Source: an uncultured Lachnospiraceae bacterium (GTDB lineage: Bacteria; Bacillota; Clostridia; Lachnospirales; Lachnospiraceae). Taken from it: a DNA stretch of 64,000 nucleotides. This document shows positions 24,775 through 34,891 of this stretch, in pieces. The number at the start of each line of letters is the position of its first letter. The stretch's first letter is position 1. The position numbers and the translations under genes are program-made. The notes under the pieces are model-generated. The model was not told the origin of the DNA. It made no database searches and saw only the letters and a program-made list of their open reading frames with translations. The stretch covers positions 31,419-95,418 of the forward strand of contig CAMUXE010000007.1 in NCBI GenBank assembly GCA_947164605.1, in the 5' to 3' direction.

Positions 24775-26532
24775 ATGTTAGAAGAAACAAACGCACTTAT
24801 TTTTGGTATTTGGTTCTTAATCGGTGCAGCCCTGGTGTTCTGGATGCAGGCTGGTTTTGCAATGGTTGAAGCCGGTTTTACAAGAGCAAAAAACACTGGA
24901 AATATCCTTATGAAGAACCTTATGGATTTTTGTATAGGAACAGTCACCTTTATTTTAATAGGTTTTTCACTTTTCCTTGGTGAAGATTTTCTAGGATTTA
25001 TCGGAAAGCCTGGATTTGATGTATTTACATCATATTCAACATTTGATTTTTCAAATTTTGTATTTAACTTAGTTTTCTGTGCAACAGCTGCAACAATCGT
25101 TTCAGGTGCCATGGCAGAGAGAACAAAGTTTATCTCTTACTGTATTTATTCTGCTGTAATTTCAGCCTTTATCTACCCAGTAGAAGCTCATTGGATCTGG
25201 GGAGGCGGTTGGTTAGCTCAGATGGGTTTCCACGATTTCGCTGGATCTGCTGCAATTCACACAGTAGGTGGTACATGTGCAATCATCGGTGCAAAAATTC
25301 TTGGACCTAGAATCGGTAAGTTTTCACATGACAAGTCAGGCAAGATCAGCCAGGTAAATGCTATTCCTGGTCACAATATTGCCCTTGGTGCTTTAGGTTG
25401 TTTCATTCTTTGGTTTGGTTGGTACGGCTTCAACGGTGCTGCTTGTACATCAATTGATCAGCTCGCTTCTGTATTCTTGACAACAACAGTAGCCCCTGGT
25501 ATTGCAACAGTTGTCTGCATGATCTTTACATGGATTAAGTATGGTAAGCCTGATGTTTCAATGTGTCTCAATGCTTCACTTGCAGGACTTGTTGCTATTA
25601 CAGCTCCTTGTGATTCAACAGATGCCCTTGGTTCAATCATCATCGGTGCAGTTGCTGGTCTTTTAGTTTGCTTCGGTGTATGGCTTCTTGATTTCAAGCT
25701 TAATATTGATGATCCAGTTGGTGCAGTAGCAGTTCACTTTATGAATGGTGTATGGGGAACACTTGCGGTTGGTCTTTTTGCAACTAGTTCAGCTCCTGGA
25801 TATTCAATAGCTGACAAAGATGGAAACACAATGCTTGGTCTTTTCTACGGCGGCGGATTTAAGTTGCTTGGTATTCAGGCCCTTGGTCTTTTATCAGTAA
25901 TAGCTTGGACAGCAGTCACAATTACAATCACTTTCCTCGTAATCAGAGCAATTTTAGGTCTCAGAGTATCAGAAGAAGAGGAAATTTCTGGTCTTGATGC
26001 TACTGAGCATGGTCTTCCTTCAGCATATGCTGGTTTCCAGATTGTTGATGTTTCTGGTGAGACAATGGATATCAACGATAACACAGACTTAGGTGATGAA
26101 GATTACAAGACAGCTTCTCCTGCTAAGGTAAATGCTTCTGTTCCTGTTCTTAATGCTTCTGTACCATCAGTTTCAACTGGTATTTACAAGGTTGTAATTA
26201 TTGCCAGATTGACAAGATACGACAAGCTTCGTAAGGCTCTCAATGAGATAGGTGTAACAGGTATGACAGTAACTCAGGTCATGGGTTGTGGAATCCAGAA
26301 GGGTTCAGGACAGTTATACAGAGGTGCTGAGGTCGATGCAACACTTCTTCCTAAGATAAAGGTTGAAGTAATTGTAGGTTCAATTCCAGTTGACAGTGTT
26401 ATCGAAACAGCTAAGAAGACTCTTTACACAGGCCATATCGGTGATGGAAAGATTTTTGTTTATGATGTTGACAGAGTTGTAAAGGTTAGAACTGGAGAAG
26501 AAAACTTCGAAGCTCTTCGCGATGTAGAGTAA
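24775..26532 (+). CDS. amt: Ammonium transporter (Amt) fused to a C-terminal P-II (GlnB/GlnK-like) signal-transduction domain
   Basis: The Amt core has WMQAGFAMVEAGF, AERTKF, HTVGG and VHFMNGVWGT. After a linker comes a P-II domain from about nt 26185 (YKVVIIARL...TVTQVMGCGIQKGSGQLYRGAEVDATLLPKIKVEVIV...GDGKIFVYDV). The ATG at 24775 follows AGGAGG. Confidence 0.9.
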   Translation: MLEETNALIFGIWFLIGAALVFWMQAGFAMVEAGFTRAKNTGNILMKNLMDFCIGTVTFILIGFSLFLGEDFLGFIGKPGFDVFTSYSTFDFSNFVFNLVFCATAATIVSGAMAERTKFISYCIYSAVISAFIYPVEAHWIWGGGWLAQMGFHDFAGSAAIHTVGGTCAIIGAKILGPRIGKFSHDKSGKISQVNAIPGHNIALGALGCFILWFGWYGFNGAACTSIDQLASVFLTTTVAPGIATVVCMIFTWIKYGKPDVSMCLNASLAGLVAITAPCDSTDALGSIIIGAVAGLLVCFGVWLLDFKLNIDDPVGAVAVHFMNGVWGTLAVGLFATSSAPGYSIADKDGNTMLGLFYGGGFKLLGIQALGLLSVIAWTAVTITITFLVIRAILGLRVSEEEEISGLDATEHGLPSAYAGFQIVDVSGETMDINDNTDLGDEDYKTASPAKVNASVPVLNASVPSVSTGIYKVVIIARLTRYDKLRKALNEIGVTGMTVTQVMGCGIQKGSGQLYRGAEVDATLLPKIKVEVIVGSIPVDSVIETAKKTLYTGHIGDGKIFVYDVDRVVKVRTGEENFEALRDVE

Positions 26533-26599
26533 TAAATAAATAAGTTGCTAAAGCCGGGCATATAAATGCCCGGTCCTTAGCAGTGAAAAGGGAAAAATT

Positions 26600-27445
26600 A
26601 TGGAAGTTAAATTTACCAAAATGCAGGGATGTGGCAACGATTATGTTTACATCGACGGTGCTAGTCAGCAAATAGCACAAGATAAAAAAGAAGAACTTGT
26701 AATCAGAATGAGTGACAGACATTTTGGTATAGGCTCAGATGGAGTCATCTTTATAAATCCATCTGATATAGCTGATTTTGAGATGGAAATGTACAACGCT
26801 GATGGCAGCCGAGCAGAGATGTGCGGAAATGGCATAAGATGTGTTGCAAAATATGTCTTCGACAATAAACTCACTGACAAAGAAGAATTTACAATAGAAA
26901 GTTTTAAAAAAATTAAGTATATAAGCTTAAAGGTTAAGGGCGGCCAGGCCTACGAAGTATCTGTAGATATGGGCGAGCCTATTCTGGACAAAGATTTAAT
27001 TCCTGTAATATCTGATAAGAGCCCTGTAATTGACAAGAAAATATTAGTAAATGAAAAAGAATACAAAATGACCTGCGTATCTATGGGCAATCCCCACGCA
27101 GTTGTTTTTGAAGATCCAGATTTAATTGATATTGAAAAAATCGGTCCCTTATTCGAGAACCATGACTTATTTCCAAAAAGGACCAATACTGAGTTTGTAA
27201 AAGTATTAAACAGAAAAGAAGTGAAAATGAGAGTTTGGGAAAGAGGAACCGGAGAAACTCTTGCCTGTGGTACAGGCTGTTGTGCGACATGCCTTGCCTG
27301 CATTCTCAACAATCTTACAGACGATGAAATTACTGTTCATGTTCTAGGCGGAGATATCAAAGTTAAGTTTGATAGAAAAACTAATCATATCATTATGACT
27401 GGGCCAGCAAAAACTGTGTTCACAGGCATTTATCATATAGATTAA
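26600..27445 (+). CDS. dapF: Diaminopimelate epimerase
   Basis: FTKMQGCGNDYVY, catalytic MCGNGIRC and ETLACGTG. Confidence 0.95.
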   Translation: MEVKFTKMQGCGNDYVYIDGASQQIAQDKKEELVIRMSDRHFGIGSDGVIFINPSDIADFEMEMYNADGSRAEMCGNGIRCVAKYVFDNKLTDKEEFTIESFKKIKYISLKVKGGQAYEVSVDMGEPILDKDLIPVISDKSPVIDKKILVNEKEYKMTCVSMGNPHAVVFEDPDLIDIEKIGPLFENHDLFPKRTNTEFVKVLNRKEVKMRVWERGTGETLACGTGCCATCLACILNNLTDDEITVHVLGGDIKVKFDRKTNHIIMTGPAKTVFTGIYHID

Positions 27446-27489
27446 ATATTAATTAGTAAGATAAAAAATAAAAAGGAGTTAAATTTAAT

Positions 27490-28710
27490 ATGGCTAAGAT
27501 AAATGAAAATTATTTAAAACTACCAGGATCTTACTTATTTCAAACAATATCAAAGAAGGTGGCTGAGTATAGTGCCAGTAATCCAGATAAGAAAATTATT
27601 AAGCTAGGTATAGGAGATGTCACAAAGCCCTTGCCTGATGCTGTTATCAAGGCTTTACACAAGTCAGTCGATGAGATGGCATGTCAGGAGACATTCAGGG
27701 GATATGCTCCAGATCTGGGATACAAGTTTCTCAGAGAGGCAATTGTTGAGACTGATTTTATAGCCAGGGGCTGCAAAATAGAAGCTGATGAAATATTTGT
27801 CTCAGATGGAGCTAAAAGTGATTCAGCCTCAATTCAGGAAATCTTCTCAGAGGAGTCTAAAATTGCAGTTTGTGACCCTGTATATCCAGTATATGTTGAT
27901 TCTAATGTTATGGCAGGTCGAAGTGGCAATTACAAGCAAGAAAGTCAAACTTTTGAAAAAATTATCTACATGCCATGTTGTGAAGAAAATGGCTTTGCGC
28001 CAGAATTTCCTGACCAAGTTCCTGACCTTATTTATCTTTGCTTTCCAAACAACCCTACAGGTGCTGTTATCAGCAAAGATCAGCTTCAGAGATGGGTCGA
28101 TTGGGCAAGAAAGAATTCTTCAATCATAATCTACGATGCAGCCTATGAAGCCTATATATCTAGTTCTGGCATAGCTCACAGCATTTATGAATGTGATGGA
28201 GCAAGAGAATGTGCAATTGAACTGCATTCCTTTTCAAAGAATGCAGGTTTCACAGGACTGAGACTAGGATACACAGTAATCCCTAAAAACCTTAAAGTTG
28301 ACGGCGTAAGTCTTCATTCACTCTGGGCTAGAAGACATGGAACCAAATATAACGGAGCTCCATATATCATTCAGAGAGCAGGAGAAGCTGTATACACAAA
28401 AGAAGGTCAGGCTCAGGTCAAGGATTTAGTTTCTTATTACATGAACAATGCATCTTACATTCTTTCAGGTTTAAAGAAGGCTGGCTTTGATGTCTCAGGA
28501 GGCCAGGATGCACCTTATATTTGGTTAAAAACACCTGACCATATGACAAGTTGGGATTTTTTTGATTACCTGCTTGATAAAGTCGGAATAGTAGGTACTC
28601 CTGGTTCAGGTTTTGGACCTCATGGAGAGGGATATTTCAGACTTACAGCATTTGGTACATATGAAAATACTGTAGAAGCGATTGATAGAATAGTTAATTG
28701 CCTAGATTAA
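27490..28710 (+). CDS. dapL: LL-diaminopimelate aminotransferase
   Basis: 406 aa with INENYLKLPGSYLF N-terminus typical of DapL, the PLP lysine context SFSKNAGFTGLRLG, and NNPTG. Confidence 0.88.
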   Translation: MAKINENYLKLPGSYLFQTISKKVAEYSASNPDKKIIKLGIGDVTKPLPDAVIKALHKSVDEMACQETFRGYAPDLGYKFLREAIVETDFIARGCKIEADEIFVSDGAKSDSASIQEIFSEESKIAVCDPVYPVYVDSNVMAGRSGNYKQESQTFEKIIYMPCCEENGFAPEFPDQVPDLIYLCFPNNPTGAVISKDQLQRWVDWARKNSSIIIYDAAYEAYISSSGIAHSIYECDGARECAIELHSFSKNAGFTGLRLGYTVIPKNLKVDGVSLHSLWARRHGTKYNGAPYIIQRAGEAVYTKEGQAQVKDLVSYYMNNASYILSGLKKAGFDVSGGQDAPYIWLKTPDHMTSWDFFDYLLDKVGIVGTPGSGFGPHGEGYFRLTAFGTYENTVEAIDRIVNCLD

Positions 28711-28734
28711 GGCATTTTGAAAGGGGTAGAATAT

Positions 28735-31700
28735 ATGACACAAGCAAAAGGACTTTATAGTCAAGAATTTGAACACGACAATTGTGGTATTGGAGCAGTT
28801 GTAAATATCAAGGGCAAAAAAAGCCATAAGATAGTAGATGATGCTCTCAAAATCGTAGAGAATCTCGAACACAGGGCAGGCAAGGATGCCGAAGGAAAGA
28901 CTGGAGATGGAGTAGGTATTTTAACTCAAATTCCTCATAAGTTTTTCAAGAAAATATGTAAAGAAGAAGGCATCTTAATTGGCAATGATAGAGAATATGC
29001 TGTAGGTATGTTCTTTTTCCCTCAAAATGAACTTAAGAAAAGACAAGCAATGAAGATGTTTGAGGTAATTCTTGAAAAAGAAGGCCTTGATTTCTTGGGT
29101 TGGAGAAAGGTCTCAACATATCCCAATGTCTTAGGTCAGAAGGCAATTGATTCTATGCCTGAGATATATCAGGGCTTTATCAAAAGACCAGCATCTGCTA
29201 AATCTGATCTTGATTTTGACAGACAGCTCTACATTGTTAGAAGGGTATTTGAGCAAAGTTCAGGCAAGACTTATGTTCCATCTCTCTCATCTAGAACAAT
29301 TGTCTATAAGGGTATGTTCCTTGTGGACCAGCTTAGAACTTTCTTTGCAGATCTTCAAGACAAGGACTATGAGTCTGCGATTGCTATGGTTCACTCTCGT
29401 TTCTCAACTAATACAAATCCAAGCTGGGAGAGAGCTCATCCAAACAGAATGCTTGTACATAACGGTGAGATAAACACAATCAAAGGCAATGCAGATAAGA
29501 TGCTTGCCAGAGAAGAGACCATGTTCACTGATGTATTCAAGAATGAAGACCTGACAAGAGTATTGCCAGTCATCTCACAAGCAGGCTCAGACTCAGCTAT
29601 GCTTGATAACACTCTTGAATTCTTAACTATGTCAGGACTTGACTTGCCACTTGCAGCTTCAATACTTATTCCAGAGCCATGGGCTCACAATGACACAATA
29701 TCTCAGGAAGAAAGAGATTTTTATCAGTACTATGCAACTATGATGGAGCCTTGGGATGGCCCAGCATCTATTCTTTACTCAGATGGAGATGTAATGGGTG
29801 CAATTCTTGACAGAAATGGTCTCAGACCGAGCCGTTACTATGTCACTGATGATGATCGTCTTATACTCAGCTCTGAGGTAGGCGTACTTGACATTGATGA
29901 TTCACATATTTTGACTAAAGAGAGACTTCATCCGGGTAAAATGCTCCTTGTTGATACAAAACAGGGAAGAATCATCTCTGATTCAGAGCTTAAAAATATA
30001 TATGCTAAGCGTTCACCTTACGGCGAATGGCTTGACTCCAACTTACTTAACTTAAAGGATATCAAAATACCTAACAAAAAGACTCTTGATTATGACAATT
30101 CAGAGCTTCACAAACTCCTCAAGTCATTTGGATATACTTACGAAGAGTACATGGAAGAGATTGAAAATATGGCCCTTAACGGAAATGAAATGATAGGTGC
30201 TATGGGTGTCGACACTCCTCTTGCTGTATTATCAAGCCATTATCATCCTCTTTTTGACTACTTCAAGCAGCTTTTTGCCCAGGTTACTAATCCACCTATA
30301 GATTCAATTAGAGAAAAAATTGTCACAGCAACTACTGTATATCTTGGAAAAAACGGTAATCTATTATCTGAGAAGGCTGAGAACTGCCACGTTTTAAAGA
30401 TTGAAAATCCAATCCTTTCTGATCTTGATCTTTTGAAGATCAGCAATATGAACAAGCCTGGCTTCAAGGTTGCCAAGGTCTCAATTCTCTATTACAAGAG
30501 CACACCAATAAAGAGAGTTCTTGACCAGCTTTTTGTTGCTGTGGATAAAGCATTTGCCGATGGATGTAATATTGTAATTCTCTCAGACAGAGGTGTTGAT
30601 GAAAATCATGTTGCAATACCATCTCTTCTTGCAGTTGCAGCAGTTCACAAGCACTTGGTTGAGTCTAAAAAATGTACAGCAATGTCCTTAATACTTGAGT
30701 CAGGAGAGCCAAGAGCAGTTCATCACTTTGCAACCTTGCTCGGTTTTGGTGCAAGTGCAGTAAATCCATATCTCGCACATGCGTCAATAAAGAAGCTTTC
30801 TGACAGTGGCCTTCTTGACAAAGATTACTATGCTGCGGTGAATGATTACGATAAGGCTGTAATCACTGGTATTGTAAAAATTGCTTCTAAGATGGGTATC
30901 TCTACAATACAGTCATATCAAGGTTCTAAGATGTTTGAAGCCATTGGTATTTCCTCAAGTGTAATAGACCTTTACTTCACAGGCACAGTAAGTCCAATTG
31001 ATGGTATTACACTCGATGATATAGCTGATGCCACAGATCGTCAGCACTCAAAAGCATTTGACCCATTGGGACTTGAGAATAATTTAAGTATCGACTCTGT
31101 GGGCAAGCACAAGATGCGCGCTCAGGGCGAATTGCACAGATATAATCCAAGAACAATTCATATGCTCCAAAAAGCTACAAGAGATGGCTCATACGAAGAA
31201 TTCAAAGAGTACACCCAAATGGTTGATGCCGAGGAGACAGGCTATATTCGCTCTCTCATGGACTTCAATTATCCAAGCAATCCAATCAGTCTTGACCAAG
31301 TTGAGAGTGAGACTGAAATTGTAAAGCGCTTCAAAACTGGTGCCATGTCCTATGGCTCAATTTCTGAAGAAGCCCATGAAGCTTTAGCTATAGCTATGAA
31401 TCACCTACACGGAAAGTCAAATTCAGGTGAGGGTGGTGAATCAGATGAAAGACTAGAATCAGCAGGAAGCGATCACGACAGATCTTCAGCCATTAAACAG
31501 GTTGCGTCTGGTAGATTTGGCGTCACTTCAAGATACCTTGTCAGTGCAAAGGAAATTCAGATTAAGATGGCTCAGGGGGCTAAGCCAGGTGAAGGCGGAC
31601 ATCTTCCAGCTAAGAAAGTATATCCATGGATAGCAAAGACTAGACACTCAACCCCTGGTGTAAGTCTTATCTCGCCACCACCTCATCATGATATTTACTC

Positions 31701-33264
31701 AATCGAGGATCTTGCTCAGTTAATCTATGACTGTAAGAATGCCAATAAGAATGCAAGAATTTCTGTTAAGCTTGTTTCCGAAGCAGGTGTAGGAACAATT
31801 GCAGCCGGTGTTGCCAAGGCTGGCGCTCAGGTAGTTTTGATATCTGGCTACGATGGAGGAACTGGTGCAGCTCCATTATCATCTATTCACAATGCAGGTC
31901 TTCCTTGGGAACTTGGTCTTGCAGAAGCACACCAGACCCTTATCCAAAATGGTTTAAGACAAAGAGTTGTTATAGAGACTGACGGTAAGCTCATGAGTGG
32001 ACGTGATGTAGCAATAGCTGCTATTTTGGGTGCTGAAGAGTTTGGTTTTGCAACAGCTCCGCTTGTAACCTTAGGATGTGTAATGATGAGAGTATGTAAC
32101 CTTGATACCTGTCCTATGGGTGTCGCTACACAGAATCCTGAGCTTAGAAAGAGATTTATAGGAAAGCCAGAGTATGTTGAAAACTTTATGCTCTTTATTG
32201 CCAGAGAGCTGCGTGAATATATGGCAAAACTTGGCGTTAAAACAATTGATGAGTTGGTAGGCCGCACTGATCTTCTTAAGAAGAAGGATGGCTTGACTGG
32301 TCATACAGCAAGAGTGGACCTTAGTGCAATTCTTGCTAAGACTTCTGACGAAAATTGTACATTTAATCCAGATAAAATCTTTGATTTTGAGCTTGATAAG
32401 ACAATTGATGAGAGCAAACTTTTAAAGAGCAATAAAATTATTAATGCCATCAAAACAGGCAAGAAAGCAAGTCTAGATCTTGAAGTAAAGAATACAGACA
32501 GAAGCTTTGGTACCCTGCTAGGTGCTGAGATTACTAGAAATAACCATGAAGGACTAATGGATGACACAATAAGCCTTAATTGTAAGGGTGCAGCAGGTCA
32601 GTCATTTGGTGCCTTTATACCTAAGGGACTCACAATTATCCTTAACGGTGATGCCAATGATTATCTTGGCAAGGGCCTTTCTGGTGGAAAGCTTGTAATC
32701 AAGGCTCCTGAGAATGCTCTTTATGAAGCAGAAAATAATATTATCGCGGGCAATGTTGCTCTTTACGGTGCCACAAGCGGTGAAACCTATATTGCAGGTA
32801 TGGCTGGCGAACGTTTCTGTGTCAGAAATTCAGGAGCTTATGCTGTTGTCGAAGGTGTAGGAGAACACGGTTGTGAATATATGACTGGTGGCCGTGCTCT
32901 GATTATAGGACCTACTGGCAAGAACTTTGCTGCAGGTATGAGTGGCGGAGTAGCTTATGTCTACGATGAAGGCAACAGTCTCTATCGCAATCTCAACAAA
33001 GAAATGGTTCTTATGGAGAAGGTCGACAATAAAACTGATTGTGAAGAAATCAAGCTAATGTTAGAGAAGCATGTAAAATACACTAATTCTAAGAAGGGCA
33101 AGGCTATATTGGACAACTTCGACCAGGAACTTGCTAAATTTAAGAAAATCATCCCTGCTGATTATAAAAAGCTCATTACAAAGACAAGTCAGTTTGAAGA
33201 AGAGGGTATGAGCAGAGAAGACGCACAGATTGAAGCATTTTACGCATGTAGTGCAGAGAAGTAG
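28735..33264 (+). CDS. gltB: Glutamate synthase large subunit
   Basis: About 1509 aa. Ntn amidotransferase start HDNCGIG, FMN/4Fe-4S central domain (GEGG, ISPPPHHDIYSIEDL), and C-terminal GXGXG repeats. The ATG at 28735 is preferred over the track TTG at 28717. Confidence 0.95.
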   Translation: MTQAKGLYSQEFEHDNCGIGAVVNIKGKKSHKIVDDALKIVENLEHRAGKDAEGKTGDGVGILTQIPHKFFKKICKEEGILIGNDREYAVGMFFFPQNELKKRQAMKMFEVILEKEGLDFLGWRKVSTYPNVLGQKAIDSMPEIYQGFIKRPASAKSDLDFDRQLYIVRRVFEQSSGKTYVPSLSSRTIVYKGMFLVDQLRTFFADLQDKDYESAIAMVHSRFSTNTNPSWERAHPNRMLVHNGEINTIKGNADKMLAREETMFTDVFKNEDLTRVLPVISQAGSDSAMLDNTLEFLTMSGLDLPLAASILIPEPWAHNDTISQEERDFYQYYATMMEPWDGPASILYSDGDVMGAILDRNGLRPSRYYVTDDDRLILSSEVGVLDIDDSHILTKERLHPGKMLLVDTKQGRIISDSELKNIYAKRSPYGEWLDSNLLNLKDIKIPNKKTLDYDNSELHKLLKSFGYTYEEYMEEIENMALNGNEMIGAMGVDTPLAVLSSHYHPLFDYFKQLFAQVTNPPIDSIREKIVTATTVYLGKNGNLLSEKAENCHVLKIENPILSDLDLLKISNMNKPGFKVAKVSILYYKSTPIKRVLDQLFVAVDKAFADGCNIVILSDRGVDENHVAIPSLLAVAAVHKHLVESKKCTAMSLILESGEPRAVHHFATLLGFGASAVNPYLAHASIKKLSDSGLLDKDYYAAVNDYDKAVITGIVKIASKMGISTIQSYQGSKMFEAIGISSSVIDLYFTGTVSPIDGITLDDIADATDRQHSKAFDPLGLENNLSIDSVGKHKMRAQGELHRYNPRTIHMLQKATRDGSYEEFKEYTQMVDAEETGYIRSLMDFNYPSNPISLDQVESETEIVKRFKTGAMSYGSISEEAHEALAIAMNHLHGKSNSGEGGESDERLESAGSDHDRSSAIKQVASGRFGVTSRYLVSAKEIQIKMAQGAKPGEGGHLPAKKVYPWIAKTRHSTPGVSLISPPPHHDIYSIEDLAQLIYDCKNANKNARISVKLVSEAGVGTIAAGVAKAGAQVVLISGYDGGTGAAPLSSIHNAGLPWELGLAEAHQTLIQNGLRQRVVIETDGKLMSGRDVAIAAILGAEEFGFATAPLVTLGCVMMRVCNLDTCPMGVATQNPELRKRFIGKPEYVENFMLFIARELREYMAKLGVKTIDELVGRTDLLKKKDGLTGHTARVDLSAILAKTSDENCTFNPDKIFDFELDKTIDESKLLKSNKIINAIKTGKKASLDLEVKNTDRSFGTLLGAEITRNNHEGLMDDTISLNCKGAAGQSFGAFIPKGLTIILNGDANDYLGKGLSGGKLVIKAPENALYEAENNIIAGNVALYGATSGETYIAGMAGERFCVRNSGAYAVVEGVGEHGCEYMTGGRALIIGPTGKNFAAGMSGGVAYVYDEGNSLYRNLNKEMVLMEKVDNKTDCEEIKLMLEKHVKYTNSKKGKAILDNFDQELAKFKKIIPADYKKLITKTSQFEEEGMSREDAQIEAFYACSAEK

Positions 33265-33276
33265 GAGGATTGTGAC

Positions 33277-34785
33277 ATGGGAAAAGCGAGCGGTTTTTTA
33301 GATTACGAGCGCCAAGATGGCCAGATTATAACTGAAGCTGAAAGAATAAAAAATTTTGACGAATTTCATCTTAGATTGAGCAATGAGGACCAACAAATTC
33401 AGGGAGCCAGATGTATGGCTTGCGGTGTTCCATTTTGCCAGGCAGGTACAATGATTGGAGGGATGGCTTCTGGCTGTCCTCTCCACAACCTCGTTCCAGA
33501 AACTAACGATTTAGTTTATCGCGGCAAATGGGAATCTGCCTACAACAGACTGACAAAAACTCACGGTCTGCCAGAATTCACATCACATGTATGTCCCGCT
33601 CTCTGTGAAAATGCCTGTACATGTGGCCTTAATACAAAGCCGGTATCAACCAAGGAAAATGAGAAGGCTATTATTGAATACGCTTATGAACATGGTTTAG
33701 TTAAGGAAAAATGTCCAGAGGTTAGAACTGGTAAAACAGTAGCAATTATAGGCAGTGGACCTTCAGGCCTGTCCTGTGCCCAGCTCTTAAACTCTAGAGG
33801 CCATAAGGTAACTGTGTTTGAGAGAAATGACAGAGTTGGTGGTCTTTTAAGATATGGCATTCCAAACATGAAGCTTGACAAGCGAATCATTGACCGAAGG
33901 ATAAAGCTTCTTGAGGAGGCTGGAGTTGTTTTTAAGTGTAATGTAAACGTAGGTAAGGATATCAGTGCAGATCAGCTGCTGAAAGAATTTGACAGAGTTG
34001 TCCTCTGCTGTGGAGCTTCAAATCCAAGAAATTTGACAGCTGAAGGAAGAGACGCATCTGGCATCTATTTTGCTGTAGATTTCTTAAGAGAAGTCTCAAA
34101 AAAGCTTATGGATCTCAACTATGATTCTAAGGCCCTCATTGAAGCTAATGACTTTAGCTTTAAATCACTTAAGGGTAAACATGTCATAGTTGTCGGCGGC
34201 GGTGATACCGGTAACGATTGTCTTGGAACAAGCATTAGACTGGGAGCTGAAAGTGTAACTCAGTTAGAAATGATGCCTCAAGCTCCTACTTCACGTTTGG
34301 CATCTAATCCATGGCCTGAATGGCCAAAGGTCCTCAAGACTGACTACGGCCAGGAGGAAGCTATTTATAAATTTGGAACTGATCCAAGAATATACAAGAC
34401 TACAATCACGGAATTCATCAAGGATAAGAAAAATAAACTTAAGGCTGTCAAGATTGTCTCACTTGAAGCTAAAAAAGATGAAAAAACTGGTCGTATGAAT
34501 ATGGTGCCAATCGAGGGCACCGAAAAAGAACTTAAAGCCGATATTGTCCTAATTGCGGCTGGTTTCTTAGGCTCAGAATCCTACATTGTCGACAATTTTA
34601 AGGTTGAATGTAACCAGAGAAGCAATGTTAAAACTGAGGCCAATGCTTACGCAACGACTAGAGACAGGGTCTTTACAGCAGGCGACATGCACAGAGGTCA
34701 ATCTCTTGTAGTATGGGCAATTGCAGAGGGACGTGCCTGTGCAAAGGCTGTGGACGAGTCTTTGATGGGCTATTCAAATCTTTGA
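33277..34785 (+). CDS. gltD: Glutamate synthase small subunit (NADPH-dependent)
   Basis: Cys clusters CMACGVPFC and CPALCENAC, dinucleotide folds VAIIGSGPSGL and VVGGGDTGNDC. Confidence 0.93.
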   Translation: MGKASGFLDYERQDGQIITEAERIKNFDEFHLRLSNEDQQIQGARCMACGVPFCQAGTMIGGMASGCPLHNLVPETNDLVYRGKWESAYNRLTKTHGLPEFTSHVCPALCENACTCGLNTKPVSTKENEKAIIEYAYEHGLVKEKCPEVRTGKTVAIIGSGPSGLSCAQLLNSRGHKVTVFERNDRVGGLLRYGIPNMKLDKRIIDRRIKLLEEAGVVFKCNVNVGKDISADQLLKEFDRVVLCCGASNPRNLTAEGRDASGIYFAVDFLREVSKKLMDLNYDSKALIEANDFSFKSLKGKHVIVVGGGDTGNDCLGTSIRLGAESVTQLEMMPQAPTSRLASNPWPEWPKVLKTDYGQEEAIYKFGTDPRIYKTTITEFIKDKKNKLKAVKIVSLEAKKDEKTGRMNMVPIEGTEKELKADIVLIAAGFLGSESYIVDNFKVECNQRSNVKTEANAYATTRDRVFTAGDMHRGQSLVVWAIAEGRACAKAVDESLMGYSNL

Positions 34786-34826
34786 TATATATTCCTTTTA
34801 TAGGTTTATATATACTCCTTTTTAGG

Positions 34827-34870
34827 GAAAGGGCCTGCTGCATATGAATGCGGCAGGCCCTTTCTTTTTT
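34827..34870 (+). terminator. Intrinsic terminator after gltD
   Basis: GAAAGGGCCTGCTGC pairs with GCGGCAGGCCCTTTC, followed by TTTTTT. Confidence 0.8.
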
Positions 34871-34891
34871 AGGCATTTAATCGCCTATATT

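Noticed and set aside
24726-25112. 128-aa minus-strand ORF overlapping the amt start
   Set aside because: It is antisense to a strongly supported transporter CDS and has no RBS or recognisable motifs. Many other antisense ORFs in the track were rejected for the same reason, for example 16858-17229, 24065-24478, 31887-32267, 46997-47407 and 57096-57515.
26545-26585. Terminator between amt-PII and dapF
   Set aside because: A good stem is present (GCCGGGCAT-ATAA-ATGCCCGG with outer pairs), but no U-tract follows. It was therefore not called as an intrinsic terminator and is mentioned only as a hairpin in the cluster finding.
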